Source of the DNA: an uncultured Verrucomicrobiales bacterium
Lineage (GTDB): Bacteria; Verrucomicrobiota; Verrucomicrobiia; Verrucomicrobiales; DEV007
Direction: 5' to 3'
Assembly (NCBI GenBank): GCA_938091905.1
Contig: CALKOM010000108.1
Span: 23,193 to 87,192, forward strand
Length of the DNA stretch: 64,000 nucleotides
Within the stretch, counting starts at the first letter, position 1, and every line of letters starts with the position of its first letter. Made by a program: the position numbers and the translations under genes. The notes beneath the pieces were generated by a model, which was not told the DNA's origin, made no database searches, and saw only the letters and a list, made by a program, of their open reading frames with translations. Positions 48,201 through 58,600 of the stretch are shown here, in pieces.

Positions 48201-49989
48201 GCAAGGCATGGTTAGCTACGGTCAGGTTGCCTCCAGACGAAATGGCGAAAGTCCCATTGTCATTCCCACTGGTAATACTGTAGCTAAGCGGGGCACTGTT
48301 AGGATTATCTACTGAGACTACGCCCGCGGATGCGCCATTGGCACTGTGTTCTTCGAGGCCCAACCGAGTGGGGAGCGCGGCGTTAACAATCGTGCCGGTA
48401 ATTTCAAAATGCCCCAGGGTCGCATAGGTGGTGTAGCCCGAAGAAGCCGTGCCCTTGCTCGCAGGTGAGACACGAACAGCATAGTCGCCAGGTGACAGCG
48501 TGCCAGAAATAGCGGCCGTGATCGAAGCCGCCGGTTGGTCGCTGAGCAGGGTTGTTCCGGCCTGATTAATGAGTGATAGACTGAGATCGACATTGGCACC
48601 CTCGTCCATCGGCTCCACCGCGAGGTTGACGCTACCACCATTCGTGGTGAATCGGAAGGCATCTATGTCAGTCCCCTGTTCGAGGATGCCCCGACCTTGC
48701 ACCGAACCATCTGGATAGATCTCAAGTTCGGAAGCAGCTATGAGAGTGTTTCCATGATCATCGACGCGATAGACCACGCCATTGTTCTGTGTAGTGATTA
48801 TGGCAAGATCATCTTCCGTGTTCGTTGCATAAGCGTAGTCGCCCTTCGACCACTGCGTAAGATCGCTGTAGTAGCCCACGCCCATGAGTGGCGCCCAGCT
48901 CGTCTTGCCGCTTCCGTGTCCAGAGTAGTAGTTTGTCCCGGTCTCGCCTGGTTCGTCGATCCCATCGTGGCTTAGGCCCAATGTATGCCCGATCTCATGC
49001 GAGATGGCTTCGGCCGCGGACTTGCCTGCGCGATAAAAGGCCCAGCACGGCGTGTCACCATCCCAGTTGAACGAATCTAGATAGGCGACGCCACCACCAC
49101 CGGGTGACGCGTCTGCCGTCGGTGTGACGATACAGCGAATGCGGCTCGTTGGGTTGGCCGCTAGGAAGACGGCTTCGTCCGTAGTGACGTTGATGGTAAA
49201 CGGTGCGAAGTCCTCTGACACCCGCTCCCACACTTCTAACAGTTCTTCGTTAGTGATACTGAAAGGGGCAGCTTCCACTCCGCCCCAGGATCCAACGATT
49301 TCCCCGTCATAGTCGAGATAGGCGACAGCAGCAGCGCCGCGAAGGCTTTGCAGAGGAACAAGGCCATTCTGATAGGTCGGGATTGGGATCGCATTGACAT
49401 CGATGCCGGGCAGAACGCTCGCGAGAAACTTGCCAGGCACGTAGCTATCCTCAACATCACGCGCACGTTCGATATCGACAGGCGGGAGGCCCACGCAGAC
49501 TACGTCCTCTCGAGGTCGCAAGTTCGCTTCATGGGCGGTCACTTGAATCACCTGGCCTTCACTAACAAGATCGATAATCCCAACATAGGGACCTGCCTTT
49601 CCGGGAATTTGTTGTTTTCGTAGAAGGAACCAGCCCTCTCGCGGTGCAGCAAGGCGACCGGTGACCTCGACAACATCGTGAGCGTCTCGCTTTACTTGGG
49701 TGATCGTTCCCGGGATCGGACTGCCCAGCGGGTTCGGTAAGCTCAAGATTTGGCCTCTCCCTGCTTCACCCGCTGCGGCGAGTAGGGTGGCCATGACTTC
49801 CTTCTTCTCGTTGATTACCTTAGGCTTTTTTGAAAGCTTTAATACCTCGACATTCTTGGTCATTTCCAATGTTTGGAAACTTTGAACGGATATCTCCGAA
49901 AGCTCAGACGTCTTGTGGTAATTCCACGAGACGGTACTCAGAATTGAGAGGAGTAAAAGCGAACAGAAGAGGGCAAGCGGATGCTTCAT
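45247..49989 (-). CDS. Large secreted metzincin metallopeptidase with cadherin repeats, two PA14 domains, an F5/8- or F-type-lectin-like domain and a C-terminal module
   Basis: HEIGHTLGLSH with Met-turn PLMG; cadherin motifs LDYE...NVNEAP and ATDNGTP; PA14 motifs DYGSRIRAYL and SDDQGEL; ASRAVDG...WQVDLG...IYNR; C-terminal DSDADGMKNLYEF...FARLMV. Confidence 0.85.
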   Translation of the reverse strand: MKHPLALFCSLLLLSILSTVSWNYHKTSELSEISVQSFQTLEMTKNVEVLKLSKKPKVINEKKEVMATLLAAAGEAGRGQILSLPNPLGSPIPGTITQVKRDAHDVVEVTGRLAAPREGWFLLRKQQIPGKAGPYVGIIDLVSEGQVIQVTAHEANLRPREDVVCVGLPPVDIERARDVEDSYVPGKFLASVLPGIDVNAIPIPTYQNGLVPLQSLRGAAAVAYLDYDGEIVGSWGGVEAAPFSITNEELLEVWERVSEDFAPFTINVTTDEAVFLAANPTSRIRCIVTPTADASPGGGGVAYLDSFNWDGDTPCWAFYRAGKSAAEAISHEIGHTLGLSHDGIDEPGETGTNYYSGHGSGKTSWAPLMGVGYYSDLTQWSKGDYAYATNTEDDLAIITTQNNGVVYRVDDHGNTLIAASELEIYPDGSVQGRGILEQGTDIDAFRFTTNGGSVNLAVEPMDEGANVDLSLSLINQAGTTLLSDQPAASITAAISGTLSPGDYAVRVSPASKGTASSGYTTYATLGHFEITGTIVNAALPTRLGLEEHSANGASAGVVSVDNPNSAPLSYSITSGNDNGTFAISSGGNLTVANHALLDYEVQPQWDLRLNVTNTLNSAYNVVDHRVVVSLSNVNEAPVFSSTAPSGLTFLERSKLGTPVYTPSVTDQDYDTILTYAIESGNALGLFAVDLYTGQVSVNGQLDVAQGTSHTLRIRATDNGTPTRSAAQSLTLRIAESAQGFTPGSIGLSVWTGIDGNALSNLTSHQDYPDSPTQESEILSFETPIDLADDYGVTVRGYVIPPVSGSYTFAIAAKDKGELYFSTDSNPANATKIASAPNWTFVHEWDYQPSFQQSSPVMLVAGQAYYIEARMKEDYNFTFSGSLVADHLAIGWKQSGGSFEVIPGRFLAPFYQNYTPALEDSTMNVYEHAIAGIEVGTVKGTDLNTDEILNYTIDSGNSTGIFALDPLTGVLRVHDTSALAAAKDDQVLTIRATDNGTPSEHTTATITVELNPEGFIQTVALIQEVWDDITGTSLTALTSNARYPDRPDRLLEHSDFDSGRNLGADYGSRIRAYLTPPASGNYTFSFTSDDQGELWLSTDSSPENAVEIASVDRWSSFGQWTSFASQTSVPIALVANTPYYIETRHKEGGGGDHVRVAWSGGNIVSRTVIADTYLTPFDCNAAPTIPTAISIENPVANTVVATINAIDSAVDELTYELLPTRDADYFLLDSATGALTLLKPTPLKALGALEIDVRVQDSGLGGRFSPRTSQGTIGLVLQEEPTVGESIVSSGLINAARNGGAVATQTTTEFGATASRAVDGDVSNYFASNSVTESAATLPNEAWQVDLGDPCQIHEIAIYNRGETLGYRLSNFEVCVYLEGKQVWAQACHTDGSHVADGGLLSLSGFQWLRGDTVSVRLLGDTPRVLSLAEVEVYAEEAQTGSRTAYKRWAAQVHELDPKSEDGMADSDADGMKNLYEFAVNADPTASESDAGIESETVQDEDDEWVEVQFRRRLDHSDIGLDYAVEFSEGLAEASWSSATAAVESNVVPNDDGITETVTVRCQLPLSGTRQRLFARLMVSE

Positions 49990-50064
49990 AGTGAGGTGCC
50001 AGGAAAACTCCGCACCATATCTATAACAGCTATAATTACCAGTATAATTAGGTAGCTCTTCGCG

Positions 50065-52029
50065 TCAGCCCAGCTCTTCCAGTTCAGCTTTGAAGGCCCC
50101 CGAAAGGATGGGAAAGCGACACCAAGTCTTGGGGTCTAGATTCTCGTCGTCGAGGTGGAAACTGGGTGCGTAACGCTCTCGCTTCCACTGATTGCGACTC
50201 CAAAGCTGGAAGAATCGGCGCACCCAAACATCAAGCTGCTCCCCAGAGTATTGGGAGAAACGCTCGCCCATTTCCACTCGTACTTCGACTGGCGAGCGCT
50301 TGTCGCGAATGGCACTTCGCTCAATCGCGTCGAGTAATGGATAGGGCATGAGATCCGCTTCGTCCGTCTGCGTCTGTTCGAGTGGACGAAGTTCTGCCGT
50401 GGGTGCCTGAGCATTGATCACACTGAGTTCCGGTATCGGCGGGAAATCTTCACTGCCCGTGGCCTCCATCCAGCAAAGCCACTCACGGAGAAACGCCTTA
50501 TCAATGCCAGCGATCGGACTGAGGCCCCCGCACGTGTCGCCATCCATCGTCGCGTAACCAACAGCAGCCTCGGAGCGATTGCTCGTCGCCAAGAGGAGTG
50601 CATTTAGTGTGTTTGTGAGCATCCAAATACCTGGTGAACGCACTCGTGCCTGAATGTTCTGCAACGTGAGATCGTCCTGTTCCCAGGTGAGAACCCGTTC
50701 GAGACTGCCTTCGATAAACCCACGGTAATGTCTAACCAATGGATCAATTTCCCAGACAGAATAGCGCGCACCTAACGCCTTCGCCATCGTCTCGGCGGCA
50801 TGCCGAGTCGTTTCGGAACTATTCTCCGTGCCTTGATATACACAGAAAAGCAGTGCCTGTTTGATATCCGCTAGAGGCGTCCCCGGTTCAAAGCCCAAGT
50901 AAGAGGCCATTGTAGGCCAGGCATTTGGACCGAGCTCGCGCGCTAACCGATCAATCATCAAGCCGACCAAGGTGGCACAAGCTGCCGAGTCCGCCCCACC
51001 ACTAAGAGAGACGACAAACCCACGCGACCAGCTCTTCCGCATGTAGTCGAAGAGAGCCAGCGTCATCGCGTGTGTAAACTCCTCCTCCTTGCTGTAAAAC
51101 CGGGTTTGTACGGCTTCCGAAAATTCAGCTTTGGCTGGCGCAAACTCCATAAAAATAGGCACCACACCCTCTTCGCTCAAGGAATCTCCCAAATCACATT
51201 GCGCACCAACGCATCGTACCCGTGCCATGCGAGTGAGATCAATATCCACGGTGCCCGCGATGACGAGCTGCGGCTTAAACGAGAATCGCCTACCTGAAGC
51301 GATAAACTTGCCACACGTGGCAATCATCGGACCACCGTCAAAGATCGCCCGTCCTGTCTCATTACCTAACAGATTCGTATATACATAAGTCGTGTGAAAG
51401 GCCCGAGAACCCTCCAAGACAAAGCGTTCACGGATCTGTTGCTTCTTGAACGCAAAGTGGCTGGCACTAGGATTAAGAATGATGTCGACACCACGTTGGG
51501 CCAGACTCGCACCTGGACGTTGCGCGACCCAGGCGTCCTCACAAATCTCGAATCCAATGCGCACACCGTCCACTTCAAAGAGCAAATCGCCAAAGTTGAT
51601 GAGTTCATCGCCGACTTCCACCGCCCGCACGACGCCTGAAGGCCACGGCTTGAACCAACGCGGTTCGTAATGGATGCCGTCGCCAGCCAATGTTTGTTTG
51701 GCGACCATGCCATGAACTTCGCCATCACCTAGCAAAGCAGCAACATTATAAAGGGACCCCTGATAGAGCAGTGGAAGCCCCACCGCCGTGAGCATTCCCT
51801 GTGAGGCTTCTGCTAGCACGGGTAGCATCGCCATGGCCCGCCGAGCCACATCCGGACTAAAGAAAGCATCCTCACAACCGTAGCCAGTGATCGACAACTC
51901 TGGCAGGCAGAACACTTGCACACCTGCCTCCCGGGCTTCCTCAATCGCGGCTAGAAGCCGTTCTTGATTCCCTGACCAATCGAGCGCGGTCTGATTGACC
52001 ACCCCCGCACCTACGCGAATCAAACGCAT
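50065..52029 (-). CDS. nadE: Glutamine-dependent NAD(+) synthetase
   Basis: Nitrilase domain (LPEL, EICED) fused to a synthetase domain (SLSGGADS, QNIQARVR, NRSE, PTAELRP). Confidence 0.95.
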   Translation of the reverse strand: MRLIRVGAGVVNQTALDWSGNQERLLAAIEEAREAGVQVFCLPELSITGYGCEDAFFSPDVARRAMAMLPVLAEASQGMLTAVGLPLLYQGSLYNVAALLGDGEVHGMVAKQTLAGDGIHYEPRWFKPWPSGVVRAVEVGDELINFGDLLFEVDGVRIGFEICEDAWVAQRPGASLAQRGVDIILNPSASHFAFKKQQIRERFVLEGSRAFHTTYVYTNLLGNETGRAIFDGGPMIATCGKFIASGRRFSFKPQLVIAGTVDIDLTRMARVRCVGAQCDLGDSLSEEGVVPIFMEFAPAKAEFSEAVQTRFYSKEEEFTHAMTLALFDYMRKSWSRGFVVSLSGGADSAACATLVGLMIDRLARELGPNAWPTMASYLGFEPGTPLADIKQALLFCVYQGTENSSETTRHAAETMAKALGARYSVWEIDPLVRHYRGFIEGSLERVLTWEQDDLTLQNIQARVRSPGIWMLTNTLNALLLATSNRSEAAVGYATMDGDTCGGLSPIAGIDKAFLREWLCWMEATGSEDFPPIPELSVINAQAPTAELRPLEQTQTDEADLMPYPLLDAIERSAIRDKRSPVEVRVEMGERFSQYSGEQLDVWVRRFFQLWSRNQWKRERYAPSFHLDDENLDPKTWCRFPILSGAFKAELEELG

Positions 52030-52107
52030 ACCATGACTTAGCGGAGCGCAGGCCGAGTGCAAGGGAATCTAGTTTCCAACGCCACCGATCGCCCTAATCT
52101 CAACTCC

Positions 52108-54888
52108 ATGATTCGCATTTCATTCCTACTCGGTTTGGCCATTCTCGGGCAAAGCCAGGCTCAGAACATTGCTCATCCTGACAAATTTCCTTATGCGGAT
52201 CTGGCAGGTGGTCGCGAAGGCTATGCCCTGGCCAAGGAAACCGTGAATGAAGCTCGCCTCTACGATTTCTACCAAAGACAGGCTGACTACTACATGGCAC
52301 AGCCTGCGAGTGGTGTGCCTGCCATCCTCCCAGCCTATCCAGGATTGGATGGCGGACAGCACGGACACTGGGGAAAGCACAACCAGAACAATCACGAGGA
52401 TGGGCGCTGGAACGGGATCGATCAGGGCTCTCTTCAAACCCAGGTATTTGTCGCCTCAAAAGACGTGCGCGTGCTCAAGGGGATCTCCGTGAAGTTAGGC
52501 GGAGAAAAGCAGGTCTCTGTTTGTTTCGATCCGGTTACCCTGAGTTACCGCGCCGTGTGGGAAGGTGGCTTTATTAAGTTTCACCCGTTCCGCTGGGGCA
52601 CTTCGCGCAATGCGCAGCTTGATGGCGACCCGTGGTTTGTAGACCCTGACAAGGTCAGCCCCTTTATCAGCGATTTCCATGCTGTTTCCGGTCTCAGCAC
52701 GAATCCGTCATCTGACGAGCGGTATCTGGGATTCTATCGCTATGAAGACAAGGTCATCTTTCGCTATGCCGTACGCGACGTCGAGATCTTGGACATGCCA
52801 AGTATCTCCGAGGCAGGAAATTTCCTGCGCACCCTCCAGTTCGTTAATGGAGGAAAGGATTTGGCGATTCCCGCTGGTATTGGCGGTTCCGTCAGGACTG
52901 TTGGATCGTCCGCGAACGTTGAAACTATCGGTAATCGCCACACCTTGTTCCTCGACCAGATCGAGCCAGGATCCTCTATGACACTCATCTATTCTCAAGA
53001 GCCCGAGCTCGATGAAGGTGAAGCCCCCGAGGCGTTCGACTTTGCAAATCTCAAGGCTGGCGGCCCCATCGCCTGGCCCGAAACGGTGACAACGAAAGGC
53101 GTGTTGGGCAAACCCAATGAAGGCGCGACCTACGCGACGGATACCCTGACCGTTCCCTATGAAAACCCATTCAACTCGATCATGCAACTCACCGGCATTG
53201 CCTTTGACGCGGCGCAAACCGCCTATGTCAGCACGTTGGCGGGCGAGATTTGGACCGTGAAAGGCATCGATGATGGGCTCGAAACCCTTGTGTGGAAGCG
53301 TTTCGCCTCGGGGTTCAATCAACCCATCGGTCTCCGGATCGACCCAGATGGTCTGTTTGTGCTAGATCGTGGACAGATCTATCGACTGCATGACCTCAAT
53401 TTCGATGGCGAAGCTGACTACTACGAAAACTACGCCAACGACTTTGGCGGCTATGACCGCAGCCACAGCCACACCTTCGGGCTGCATCGTACGAAAGATG
53501 GCTCATTTCACTTTTCCCAACGGGAAAGTATCCTCCGCACAGGACCCGATCAGAAAACTACGTTTCAAGGCTCCGGCGTACGCAACTGCATGGGTATCGG
53601 CGGTACTGCCGACTATTTCTGGGTGGCTCCACAAGAGGGTAGTTGGACGCCAGCCTCCTCTATCATCGAGGTGAACCAGAACGAATTCTACGGTTTGCCC
53701 AACAAAGATGCGAATCTCGGCACCAGTATCGCGACGCCCCTGTGCTACATTCCTCGGGGCGTGGAGAATTCTATCGGCGGCATGTTGGAGGTCACCAATG
53801 ATCGATGGGGTCCATTCAAAGGTGCGCATGTGGGCCTGAGTTATGGTTCGGGTTTGCATTACCTAATCTTGAGGGATGCCACTGGCGCACGTCCACAAGG
53901 TGCCGTGGTTCCGTTAGAAGGAGAGTTTCTCGCCGGGACTATCCGCGGAGCCTTTCATCCCAAAGACGGGCAACTCTACGCGGTGGGTCTCGATGGTTGG
54001 GGAGACTATTCGGTAAAGGATGGTTGTTTCCATCGCGTCCGTTACCTGGGGGGCGCTGTGCACAAGCCATCGGGTTTCCGCATTCATGCCAATGGCATTC
54101 GGGTCGACTTTCCCATGGCCCTGAAACCTAACGCCTCAAAGATCTTCGCTCATGCTTGGAACTACGAATATGCAAAGCGCTATGGTTCGCCTGAGTTCTC
54201 GGCCAAGAGACCAGGCTCGCTCGGGCACGATCGAATAGAAGTGCGCTCAGTGATCTTGTTAGAAAGCGGCAACGCACTCTTTGTGGAAATGCCAACAATG
54301 GAGCCTGTCATGCAATTACATCTCCGCATGCATCTCGTTTCGGCTGATGGGCAGGCGTTTAAGACTGACCTCTTTGCCTCACCCATGTATCCAAGTGCAC
54401 CATTGACACTGCCAGGGCTAGCGGAAACAGTATCTGGAAAGCCTAGCGCCATCGCCTTGCGTGTGGCCATGGATGAAGGCCCAGTGTCTCAAAAATCGGG
54501 CAAGCCCATTGAGGGCGAACGCCAGTTAGTCATGAAAGCCGTGGGCGGTCTTCAGTACAAACAAACGGAACTGACGGCGAAACCGGGCGAGGCTCTAGCA
54601 CTTCATTTCAAGAATACGGACGTCATGCCACACAATTGGGTCCTCGTGAAACCGGGGACCATGCAGACCGTCGGCACCGCATCGTTTGCGATGCTAAACG
54701 ATCCCGATGCTGGCAAGAAACAGTATGTGCCCGAGCTCAACGCTGTTCTTAATCACGTACCTGTCGTCAATGCTGGCCAAGAGCACATCCTCCACTTCAG
54801 CGCACCAGTGGCCCCCGGCGAGTATCCTTATATTTGCACCTTTCCAGGCCACTGGCAGGCGATGCGCGGCGTGCTTATTGTGAAGTAG
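52108..54888 (+). CDS. Secreted DUF6797-like + sorbosone-dehydrogenase-like beta-propeller + C-terminal azurin-like cupredoxin protein
   Basis: Signal peptide; VCFDPVTLSYRAVWEGGFI...YLGFY; LHDLNFDGEADYYE, GVRN and PQEGSWTPAS; type-1 Cu motif MPHNWV...YPYICTFPGHWQAM. Confidence 0.8.
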   Translation: MIRISFLLGLAILGQSQAQNIAHPDKFPYADLAGGREGYALAKETVNEARLYDFYQRQADYYMAQPASGVPAILPAYPGLDGGQHGHWGKHNQNNHEDGRWNGIDQGSLQTQVFVASKDVRVLKGISVKLGGEKQVSVCFDPVTLSYRAVWEGGFIKFHPFRWGTSRNAQLDGDPWFVDPDKVSPFISDFHAVSGLSTNPSSDERYLGFYRYEDKVIFRYAVRDVEILDMPSISEAGNFLRTLQFVNGGKDLAIPAGIGGSVRTVGSSANVETIGNRHTLFLDQIEPGSSMTLIYSQEPELDEGEAPEAFDFANLKAGGPIAWPETVTTKGVLGKPNEGATYATDTLTVPYENPFNSIMQLTGIAFDAAQTAYVSTLAGEIWTVKGIDDGLETLVWKRFASGFNQPIGLRIDPDGLFVLDRGQIYRLHDLNFDGEADYYENYANDFGGYDRSHSHTFGLHRTKDGSFHFSQRESILRTGPDQKTTFQGSGVRNCMGIGGTADYFWVAPQEGSWTPASSIIEVNQNEFYGLPNKDANLGTSIATPLCYIPRGVENSIGGMLEVTNDRWGPFKGAHVGLSYGSGLHYLILRDATGARPQGAVVPLEGEFLAGTIRGAFHPKDGQLYAVGLDGWGDYSVKDGCFHRVRYLGGAVHKPSGFRIHANGIRVDFPMALKPNASKIFAHAWNYEYAKRYGSPEFSAKRPGSLGHDRIEVRSVILLESGNALFVEMPTMEPVMQLHLRMHLVSADGQAFKTDLFASPMYPSAPLTLPGLAETVSGKPSAIALRVAMDEGPVSQKSGKPIEGERQLVMKAVGGLQYKQTELTAKPGEALALHFKNTDVMPHNWVLVKPGTMQTVGTASFAMLNDPDAGKKQYVPELNAVLNHVPVVNAGQEHILHFSAPVAPGEYPYICTFPGHWQAMRGVLIVK

Positions 54889-54892
54889 CAGT

Positions 54893-55147
54893 CTATTCCG
54901 TGCCTGCCTGCGGCTGGAGAAATCTTTTCCGCTCATCATATAAGGAACTCTTTTGCAAGGCGGCTCCGGCTTTCACCAGGTCCTTCTTGAGCCACTGCTG
55001 GCAAACGATTTGAAGCATCTGATCACGCCGACCAAGTGCTAACAAGTCGGCTAGTCTAGCCGGGTGCTCAGTGCTAGTCCGCATCATCATCATGACACTA
55101 CGGCGAACCATGCTCCCTCTTTCCCGCCCCTCAGGCAACGCGGCCAA
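54893..55147 (-). pseudogene. Possible 3' remnant of a hypothetical gene
   Basis: 84-aa ORF lacking a convincing start; RRDQMLQIVCQQWLKKD resembles a helical-repeat C-terminus. Confidence 0.25.
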
Positions 55148-55232
55148 CCGCTTGTGAGCGGCTGCCGGGTCGGTTTCATAATTCTCCTAGGGCACTAGGA
55201 TAAAAAAGCACCGCGTAGGTGTCCAATTTATT

Positions 55233-55532
55233 CTAGATACCTGCTAGTATAGAAAGAGAGCTGGTCCGGATACCGGAAGTAACTTTCGCGAGCGTGCCAA
55301 ATTCGCCCTGAATCTCTCAAGGAGGTTCAGGCTTCGGATCCCACGTGTCGAGGTGACACATGCTAACCCAGACAAAGAGGCCGACACAAGAAGTGGCTGT
55401 GTTAGCCTTCGGCTGTATTGCAGCAGCTCGCAAGGCTGGCACATCGGTGAGGGAGTAGCCAAGCAAACCCAGGCCCGGACCTAACATACGTTTTCGCGGG
55501 AGATGCGCGTGTCGATCGTGGTCCATCAGCAA
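55233..55532 (-). pseudogene. DUF1501-family N-terminal remnant
   Basis: GLGLLGYSL...ATSCVGLFVWVSMCHLDTWDPKPEPP*EIQGEFGTL...SGI matches the DUF1501 pattern SHxDTWDPKP...EIRGEF. In-frame TGA at 55317-55319; truncated afterwards. Confidence 0.65.
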
Positions 55533-55650
55533 CCCGGATAACGTAGGGCCCTGCCCCAGTGCGGGTAAAGCGATGCTATCTGCCTGGCGAAATGCTTCTC
55601 GGTTTAGAAGGCAATATTCAAATAGGGTATATTCACGCTATCAATCACCC

Positions 55651-58600
55651 TCACGGCATGGATGAGATGCTAAGTGCCAAGAAGCCCTTTACATCACTTA
55701 ATGACATGCGCGCTTCGACCTCGCTCTCATCCCCTGCAGTGATGATCGATGGTGCTGGCACGACCGGTTCGAAGTCCTCCAACGTAGACGAGGTGAGCAC
55801 CTTTGCGGAGAGTCCAAGCGGATCCTGGGCTCGCCGCCATCTCAGAACGATGGCGCCGTCTGTCTTCCTAATGCTAAGGAAAGGAACGCTATCCGACTCA
55901 AGGGGATTGGTTCCAGCATAGGCCTCGAGAAGGTTGACGCGCCGATCTCCGTCGGGGTCGGCGAGGTCTCCCCACACACTTGCTTGAAGGGTCTCATCAG
56001 TCAAGGTGTCTGCTAGGAAATTCGCGGAACGCCAGCGCTCAAGCGGGGTGGGAACGGACGATACGGTAATCTGCACTGTGCTGGTCACTTCATCGTCTCG
56101 TGCCGATGCGCGAATACTCAGCTCGTACTCTCCGACCTGAGTAAATTGGATGGTCGGGTTAAGTGTGGATGGATTGGAAAATAAGACGTGTGCGGTTTCG
56201 CCATGACTAACCGTCCACTGGTATGTGAACGGGCCGTTTCCCTCAATTTCAAGGTCAGGCGTAAACGCTTCATCCAGTTGCAAGGAACCCGCCGGCTGAT
56301 GGTTGCGCAGGACGGGCGGCAGCAAGTTAGGCAAAGCGGCAATCTGAATCGTGCTTGTGACAACATCGTCTCGTGCCCTGACCATGATGGTAAGTTGGTA
56401 TTCGCCGGCTTCAGCAAACTGCACGGTCGGGTTGAGAGCAGTCGTGTCGGAGAAAGATACGTTGTCGACCAAACCGACACTAACTATCCACTGATAAGAG
56501 AACGGACCGTCTCCCTCGATCGTAAGTCTTGGTGAGAACCTGTCATCAAGTCGCAGAGAGGTTTCTGGCTCAGGGTTGCGGATAACCGGGGGTAACAACT
56601 TGGCCAACACGGTGATCTGAAACACGGCATCACTTTCAAATTCGCCATCGGAGACCTTTAATCTAAATGTATATTCCCCAGCCTCGGCAAAAGAAACGCT
56701 CGGCAGAACCACCGCTGGATCCGAGAAAGTAACCTGCGATGGGTCACCATCGATCACTGTCCAACTCACCTCGACGTTGGCGTTCCCAACCCAAGTATCA
56801 TCCTCGATCACCACCTTCGGAACGAAGGCGGTGCCGAATGCGAGGATCACCTCATTGTCCTCGGCACGGATCACGGGCGGAGCGTTCCTACCCACCGCCC
56901 AATGGCTCGTGGCTGCGGTCGAGAGCTCGCCATCACTAACCGTAAGCTCTAGGGTGAACAGGCCAACGTTGGCAAAGGTGATCGCTGAATCGGGAGCCGT
57001 GACGTCTGCAAAGATGATATCAGCGGCATCACCAGAAACTACTCTCCAAGCGTAGGTCAGATCAGTTCCACCATCAATGATCGTCAGCGGAACCGAGACG
57101 ACAGTGCCAGGCTCTTCGAGTACTCCACTCGGATCCAACGCAACAAGGGGAGCACGGTTTGGCAAGAGGACTGTTCGCGGCCCACGACTGACTCTTAGCT
57201 CATCAATGAGCCCTCCGAAATTTCCTAGCGTAAGGAGCCACATCTCGTCAGGCTTCGTGTTCATCAACATCGTCTGCTCGTGAATCAGAACCCCGTTTAT
57301 ATAAAAATCAGCTTTTCCCGATGCGTTGTAGCGCATGGCCATTTCAATCCACGTGTTGTTTGGCAAATATGGCTCTAGCACTTCCGCTGAAACAACTGTT
57401 TCATTGGCAAAATCAAACGCCCCAATGTTAGGTATAGTCCAGCGATTTTGAAAGAACGCCAGGCGAACGTCGTAGTCCTGGTAATAGCTGACTAACGGTA
57501 CCCCCCGTATAGAATACGCCAGGAACTCCACCGGATAAAAACGCCACTCAACGGTAAAGCCTCTCTCGGTGAAAGGCAGGTTGGCCTCGAGCTGCTGCCC
57601 TAAAGCAGCAAACGCAACGCTTTGACCGCTCATTTCCTTCATCCAAGCAACATTGTCCGAGAAGGTTGGCTCGCCCTCTGGAGTGAGATGAAAACCGTTT
57701 CCAGAGGAGTCGCTGAAATCGCCGTCGAAGTGGTAAAGGGCAAGGGTATCAGCATCCGTTATGAAAGGTGCCCCTGGCACCTGTTCTCGTATTTCGTCTT
57801 GTACCGCGACAACCACCTGGTCCTTGCTATTTCGGTGTGAATCATTAGCCACGAGCTCAAAAACGTAGACACCACGCTGTGGAAACGTCACATCGGGCGC
57901 CAGTGCCAGTTTGTCCGAAAAGACAGCTGAGCCGGGACCTGAAATCTGTCTCCACTCGTAAGCGAGCGTGTTCTCGGGTAATCCGTCATCAGACACCGAC
58001 GCCTGTGGCTGCCATGTCACAGGAATCGTGGAGACCTGTGTAGGCCCAGCATTCACTACGGGCGCTTGATTACCCGACAAATCTCGCACTGATAGAAAGG
58101 TTCGTTCCACGCGTGCAATCCCTTCTGGGTTAGTCACTCTTAGCAGGAGCTCGAACTCCCCGGTTTGTGTGAAGGTGATGTTCGGCATACGGCTATCGAC
58201 AGGATCAATGAGAATGCCATTTGGCCCGCTCCACTTGTAGCTGAGGCCATCTATGTCTGTGTGAATAGTCGTCTCGGGAATGAAGTTATCTTTGAGATCA
58301 AGTCGCGGACTCGGGCTTATGTCGACCCCAGGAGCATTCGGGATGATTTCTTTAATAGGGTCAATCGTTTCCAAATTCCCGGAACCTGCCTTCAAAATCA
58401 TGTCCGAAACACGACCGTGGAAGCTGCCTATGCGAAAACGGACGTCATTGTCAGCGTCCAACCAGTCAACGAAGCGATCGTCAGCCACGGTCAAGATCTC
58501 CACACCATCAAGAAAGACCGATGCAGAGGACGGCCGCTTCACGAGACGGAGATGCACCCACTTTCGCAAAGGCAACCCTTCCGGTATGTCCGTAGACTCC

